A stretch of 56,737 nt of DNA, counting the filler, from Dugesia japonica (lineage: Eukaryota): NCBI GenBank assembly GCA_001938525.1. It is 5 parts of 5 records of this genome, joined end to end, with 100 filler letters (N's around TTAATTAATTAA, not from the genome) between each part and the next. Parts side by side here need not be neighbours in the genome. Positions count along the whole stretch, not along the records: positions 40,124 to 56,737 come from MQRL01597983.1; 4 more parts are not named here. The stretch is one strand, 5' to 3'. The translations under genes and the position numbers were made by a program. The notes beneath the pieces were generated by a model, which was not told where the DNA came from, ran no database searches, and saw nothing but the letters and a program-made list of their open reading frames with translations. Numbering within the stretch: the first letter of the stretch is position 1; each line of letters begins with the position of its first letter. Shown here in pieces: positions 50,721 through 56,737 of the stretch.

Positions 50721-53403
50721 TGTTAGATCCCAAAAGAGTCTGCCAAGTTGTGTGGCAACAGGAGGGGTATATACGTATGTAGGGTGCAAAAATTAAATTC
50801 GTATTTGTGTAGAAATAATTTAGGTATAATAGAAATAACAATAAAACAATAACGAAATTAAAAGTTAATTAACGAACGTTTACTTATCAACCAAAATAAT
50901 TATATAATGTAAGTTTACTATTTTTTTGTCTTTGAATGAGAATTTGAGTTATCACCGTTTTCTGTTATTTTTGACGATTGCCAGGACTTGTAGTTTAATT
51001 TTTTATTCCAATTTAAATCAATGGTCTTTTGTGGGCAAACAATACTTTTTAATTTTTCCTTTTTTTGGCGGTTGCCAACTTTTTAATTTATCATTTTAAA
51101 TTCTTTTTTGTGTCAATATTTTTATTGACCTCATTTTTCTAGAATTAATTTTTATTATAGTATATTAGTATACATATGTGTATGTATATATACAAACATA
51201 ATATGAGTACACAGATACATATAATAATTTTTAAAAATATAAATAAAAGTTCATAACAAATACAATTGAAAAAGTACAAAATATTACGTTTAAAACTGAA
51301 AAAAGCAATACCAACTGATGAAGTCTTGAATAAATAAAATGAACTGGCACTGAATTAATTCCAACGAAATATTTGTTTGATAATTGTTTTTTAAAAAACT
51401 TTCAATCTTTTGAAATATTTAAACAATAGAATTTTAAACATAAAATTAACACTTAATTTAAAATAAAGTTCCTAAAATTTAATTCAATAATAGTGTTTCT
51501 CAAAGTGAATAATAACGAATGATGCGTTATTTAATAATAGAGAATGATGTGTAGTCGAATATTACCACAAAAAATTTATGATTATATTTTTTAATGGTAC
51601 AGCAGTTGACCCTTTAAAGGGTCAAGTGAAGCCAAATTATTAAAATTACATTATTATTTAAATATTTAGAAATATTTAAATAAACAAATAGTATTGCATT
51701 GTTTAATTTTCAACAGAATATTATCTGTTTAGAAAATATAGAATTTTTTTAAGAGATCTATAATGAAGAATAGATGCATAATTTACTCCATTGATGAAGA
51801 CATAGAATGTAATGTAGATATACCAGATCCAACTGATAATTTCTTTGTTACGGACTGTGAAAAAATGAGTAGCTCATCAATTACAATTGTGAGTATGTTT
51901 TGAAAAGCGAGTTGAAATTTTTGTGTTTGGAAATCATTTTCTTAAAATCTTTTGTTAAAAATTGAAAGCTAGAAATTAAAGTAATTTAACTAGAGCTCTT
52001 CGAATCTTTTCTTTAAATGAAGGACTTTTTTATTTTTAAATCATGAATTAAATTTACATCAGCAATATGTCTATCTCTTAAATCTTTCGATTTATAAACA
52101 ATATCGTGTTATAATGTTGCAGCATCAACTTTATTTGTTAGGTCTTCTTTTTTATTTTATTATTATTTTCATCTAATTTTGCATTTGGTCCAGTATAATT
52201 ATGTCTAAATTAATGTCTTTCTCCAGTATATTTTTCAAAAGCAAATGGTTTTAATAAGAATGAAGTAACTTTAGAAGATTAAATATCTCCGCCAGTTTTC
52301 ACCCATGGAAATTTATTATGATTTAAATTATTATTATTTGTTGGTTTATTTGATTGTTTTATAATTATTGTTCCAAAAGTAGAATTAAGATTTTTAAATC
52401 ACTCATTTTCGAATGAAAAATTAATTTATTTACAGAAATTTCGCGTCTCCTCTAACGTTTTATATTATGCCTATTTTTCCTCAATAACTGAACAAATTCT
52501 ATTTAAATAATTTGCAAATATTTATTTATGAGAATTTAATCTTTCTGTTGGGTTTTTAGGTTTTTTTATGTTAAATATTTTGGTTTAACTTTCACTATAT
52601 TCTACTCGCTTTTACAATTTAATTAATAAAATCATAATTCAGGGGCATACCTAAAAACCACATGTATTTATAGTACCTCTGCACTATGCCTCTCTCTTTT
52701 CTGGGTCCAGCGCAACTTTTCGGTATCACGTCTTACTCTCGATTGATGGTAATGGACAACCATTCCTTCCACGCTCAGTATTTGATCTTCACAAATTATA
52801 TGATTAAAACTAGTCATACATAACCATTACGAAAATTTATTGGAAACTTTTTAACACCGATAACTATTTATTATACATACGACAATAAGCATCCAAATCC
52901 ACCGTGGTGCTGACCTCTGCTGGTTCCTCAGGGGAGTTCCTGTACTGCAGCTATAGTGTGCGTAAATTATTGAATACTACAGCCTCTCGATCGGCGTTAA
53001 TTTTGATTGAACCTGTTGACCTGTTGAAGGACCAGCTCATTTTCCTTAAGCTGCTGATACTTGGCGTCCCTCTTGATCATCTGACCCTTCAGTCGGAGGA
53101 CCTGATTTCGAAGCTCTCTTCGATCCTATTTCCATCTCTGTTGTGCGTTCACCAACTCCTTTTTGGATGTCATCTCTTCGTTGGCTTGAGTCACTAAATA
53201 ATTCAAAATAAATAATTATTGAAACGGTATTAATTGAATTGAGAATAATTTTTATTCATTGATGTGATAAATATCCGTTTCTTCGGCCTACCGCCTATCT
53301 GGTCTTCGTCCCCACTCCTCAGATACGAACCAGTGAAGATGGCGTGTCACAACTACCATCTTTTCTCGTTCCCATCGGTACAGAGTTCTCGTAAGATTTT
53401 CCT
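50721..53403 (-). mobile_element. Unclassified multi-ORF element, family 2, copy 2
   Basis: Terminal module TGTTAGATCCC... at 50721. Minus-strand short ORFs 53288-53401, ~52870-53193 (tttag|TG start, coiled coil) and ~52632-52790, with AATAAA between them. Confidence 0.6.
51990..52320 (-). pseudogene. Parvovirus/adintovirus-type phospholipase A2 (PLA2X) remnant
   Basis: Manual translation: 'KYTGERH*FRHNYTGPNAKLD...TNKVDAATL*HDIVYKSKDLRDRHIADVNLI'. It has the YxGP Ca-loop, the HD catalytic dyad and the R..AD motif, with two stops and one frameshift. Absent from the ORF track. Confidence 0.8.
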
Positions 53404-53589
53404 ACAAACAGAATTTTCATTTCGTAAATAAAGTAGATTTTAATTGTGGATAATTAAGCGCTCATAATAAATGAAACGGAAAATTCCATTATTTATAATA
53501 AATAAAACTGGTTGTACAGACCCTTCTAATATAATATTATATTATAGTATATTATTTTTATTATATAATTCTTCGTCGCCTTTTTATTT

Positions 53590-53850
53590 GCTATACTAAA
53601 ATTTGGCAGTGCAAAGAAATGTAAACTCTTTATCCAAACCTCTGGCAGAAAATGAAATTGCTCATAATGGAATTTCCCACAGCTTACCTCGTCGAGTGTG
53701 GATTCAGTTCAGTAACTAATCTCCTCACCAATCAAAGAAGCAATCTCGATTATGCTAAGAGGCGTGATTTGAGACTGCTTCTCATCCACCTGAAACCAGA
53801 CACTAAGTCTTTAGCATCAATAAAACCAAGCACATGAGTCTCATTGACTC
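53590..53850 (+). mobile_element. hAT (Charlie/ZBED8-like) transposase C-terminal remnant
   Basis: 'FPTAYLVECGFSSVTNLLTNQRSNLD...DLRLLL..LKPD' dimerisation domain. Confidence 0.85.
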
Positions 53851-54539
53851 TGAAATCTCTAAAACTGTTGTATCAGTCATATAGCATTCTGTTTTGTTAG
53901 TAAACAGTATTTGGATTGGATTTCAATAGATGTTAATTACCACCAATATTTTGCTCTGTATTGATACTTTGTTTCTCTGCCACCATCCTTGTGCTTTAAT
54001 ATGTTCATCTATTACCATTTTATATTAATCCGAGTTAAATATAAATTGCAACTGTAATCATAAAACATCAATTAAAATCGTAGAACAAGTTTTTGGCCTG
54101 TGGCCTAACAGTTTCTTCCACCATTCTTAGAGCAAGGACCAGGGAAGATGTTCGTTAATTTCAGTCATCTTCACTCGTCCCGGCTCTTATGGAGCTCTTA
54201 CAAGAATTCCCTATTATTATCATTAGTTTATTGGTTGATGGTCGATAGATGGTAAACGTTTCCAAATTTTAAACAACTTTTCAAAGCGAAATCATATACC
54301 ACGAAATTTTGATGAATTTCTGAACAACAGATTCAATCAGTAGTTAACTCAAATCAAACTTTATGATGTAATGATGAGACTAAAATTATTTATTCAAGAT
54401 TAAGTTCCTTTAAATTAAAAAAATTTATTTTATTTAATCAAATAAAAAACAGTATTACTTTCAATTTATTTACTAATCATAAATTTTAGGATGATTACAA
54501 AATCTCACAAAGAAAATTTTAAAAATAAATGAAGCCAAA

Positions 54540-55250
54540 TTAAAGACTTGTAAGTTTCAAGTTAAACATTACATTCCTTGACGATCAAGCTCCCACTATG
54601 TTCATTACAATTCTTCCATTTTTAATCACTATTTTGCCCAAATTCTTCTCACATATTCGATGATCTTTTACTCTTCGACTGACGCTGTTTCTTAATTCTG
54701 TATTGCAGTTTATGTAGGATCATAATTTGTCGTTTGTTCACTGATCTTTTCCTTCTCTGGTTAAGAGTATTTAAACTTTAAATTACCATCTATTCGAGGA
54801 AATTGTGTCCTGTTACTAACAATGTTCCATTATCATTTACGTTGAGCTTTTCCTTTTTTGAATGTAGATCTTCTACTTACGATTTACATTGCGTTTTCCT
54901 TGATTTACTGACAATATTTAAATAGCGATTCGTTGTTGGATCGACAATAATCTAATTTTAATTTATCATTCATTCGGTGATATTCTCACTTTTGTAGTGA
55001 CCACACTTTAATTATAATTTGCGTCGAGGTCTTCTGTATCTGGCAGACAAATGTTTCTCAAAGATCTAATCATATTCTGTCTGCCAATATTTCAATTATA
55101 ATTTACGCCAAATTTCTCTTTATCAGATAGGCAATATTTTGAAATTTATTCATTGATGAGAAGGTCAATCACCGACATCTGTTTTTTCTATATAATCGGA
55201 ATATGTAGTTGTTATTAGTAATTTTACTTCAAATAATTTAAATTTACTTC
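54540..55250 (-). mobile_element. Possible highly decayed retroelement integrase fragment
   Basis: Fragmentary 'MSVIDLLINE' and coding-like composition only. Confidence 0.25.
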
Positions 55251-55404
55251 TTAAATATAACTTGATCTGGCCGGAATCAATATCTGATAATTGTGATTAA
55301 GTACACAGATTTTTAAATAGATTTTATCTACACTGGTAGCTTTTTAAAAATATCCACTCTTTTTACAATAAATACACTACACATATACACCTCTCTTTTT
55401 ATAG

Positions 55405-55631
55405 CTGTTTGGGGTGTCGGTTGACTGAATGATTCAGCCTACCAATACATTCTCTGCCATCTCTTACTCACAATCGCACACACCATCGGTATACTAGTCG
55501 TCACCGGTAATTGAAAATTTTATGAATTAAGTTTTGTCATCTTTTTTCAGGTTGTGGCTTGCATCTCATCTTGCCGATGTCCCGTCAATCATTGCACGAT
55601 TTTGGAAAACTAGATCAGCATGTACTACTCG
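55405..55631 (+). CDS. Two candidate exons (55405-55506, 55551-55631) of an unidentified gene
   Basis: Canonical AG/GT sites, 44-nt intron, phase-compatible frame, one in-frame TGA near the start. Confidence 0.4.
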
Positions 55632-56497
55632 GTAAGTAATTACTGTTTTGCTTAAATGACTTCATTTATTTTCACTATAAAGATTATGGATTTTCCAATT
55701 TTGTAAGTGCCTAGACCGGTGGTTTATTTTCAAGATAATACTGATAAAGTTTCTAATTGCTATAACATTGATAATGACGAATATTACTACATTACTAAAA
55801 TTTTAACTTATTATATTAAATATTTAGGTCGCAGAGACCCTTTTAACATTTTATTATAATATTGTAATGTATTTATACTATACATTTTAGTTACTGATAA
55901 ACTTTCTGAAAAGTCCATTATATTCAACAAAATTTTATTTATGAAATTTCAAATCTTAAGAAACTGTTTTTTAAAAGCTGAATACTTAAACAACGTTTTG
56001 AAATATTTTTAAAAAATTCTTGAAATCTTTTTTTGAATTTTCTTCTTCAAACTTTAAATTGCAATTTTCAATTTTTTATCCTTATCAAATTTACCTAACT
56101 TAATAAAAGCATTCAATACATTCGACCTATTTATTTCATCAAGATTACTTGATTACTCTATTCAATACAGGCATAAAACCAATGATCACTGCAAACATAA
56201 TACACCTTATAATCTAAGTCAAACATACTTAATAAACTAAAAACATTCAAAACTCTAAATAAACCAAATATAATACACTCATAAAACTAATATTGTATCC
56301 ACTAAACTAATCACCATACTTAATTAATTTAATCTGTTTACTTCATCGAATACAATTAATTATATCCAATCTATATGTTTATTTCATTTTAACCAACTGA
56401 ATTCATAAATTAATTAAATCAATTAGATTCTATACGAAATACATTGAACCTTTATGAACTCAAAAAATGTAGAGTTATATAAAAATATGAAAGAAAT

Positions 56498-56737
56498 ATT
56501 AACAGGTGTAAAACTTTAAAATATTACCAAGGAAAATTTAAATATAAACAGGAGCAAAACTTAAAACTATCACTAGGGGCAAAAGTTTTTAGAACAACTT
56601 AAGCAAAAATAAAATACCTCCAGGGAAAATTATCCGATGAAAATTAATCGAATAAAATTAAATACTGTCAAGGAAAATTTTAAAAACCCAGCCGGGGTAA
56701 AATTAAAATACTAACCTGAGACAAAATTAAATACTAT
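56498..56737. repeat. Degenerate ~22-bp minisatellite
   Basis: Repeated 'cagg(g)aaaatt(t)aaatac/t'-like units up to the window end. Confidence 0.55.

Noticed and set aside
51311-51380. CTGATGAAGTC...CGAAATATT hammerhead-like sequence
   Set aside because: Stem II and stem I do not pair convincingly. At best a decayed relic.
52904-53197. Plus-strand 97-aa ORF
   Set aside because: Antisense shadow of the minus-strand coiled-coil ORF.
56498-56737. CRISPR-like array
   Set aside because: Eukaryotic context, degenerate units, no unique spacers or cas genes.

Overview
Very AT-rich animal genomic DNA with 43-51 nt introns. A free-living flatworm/planarian-like source is my inference, not proven. 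The window is five separate scaffolds joined by artificial 44N-TTAATTAATTAA-44N spacers (about 1-10683, 10784-19529, 19630-27990, 28091-40023, 40124-56737). Host genes: an intronless myosuppressin/FMRFamide-type GPCR, a filamin-repeat gene with a tandemly duplicated two-exon N/E-rich cassette, the 3' exons of coproporphyrinogen III oxidase (CPOX), and a decayed SLMAP-like FHA gene. Most of the rest is decayed mobile DNA: Gypsy, Tc1/mariner (including a DD39-41D plant-mariner-like element), hAT, MITEs, Penelope GIY-YIG, Polinton/adintovirus integrase plus penton-like ORF, and a parvovirus/adintovirus-type PLA2. The most notable signal is an unclassified repeated element, present as two related families on three scaffolds. 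It is an array of short co-oriented ORFs, typically each preceded by a splice acceptor and followed by AATAAA, and several start AG|TG with no ATG. It ends in a ~200-bp multi-hairpin module with compensatory base changes, and G-U pairs place the fold on the strand antisense to the ORFs. There is also an inverted pair of minimal Penelope-type hammerhead ribozymes at 46.4-46.5 kb.
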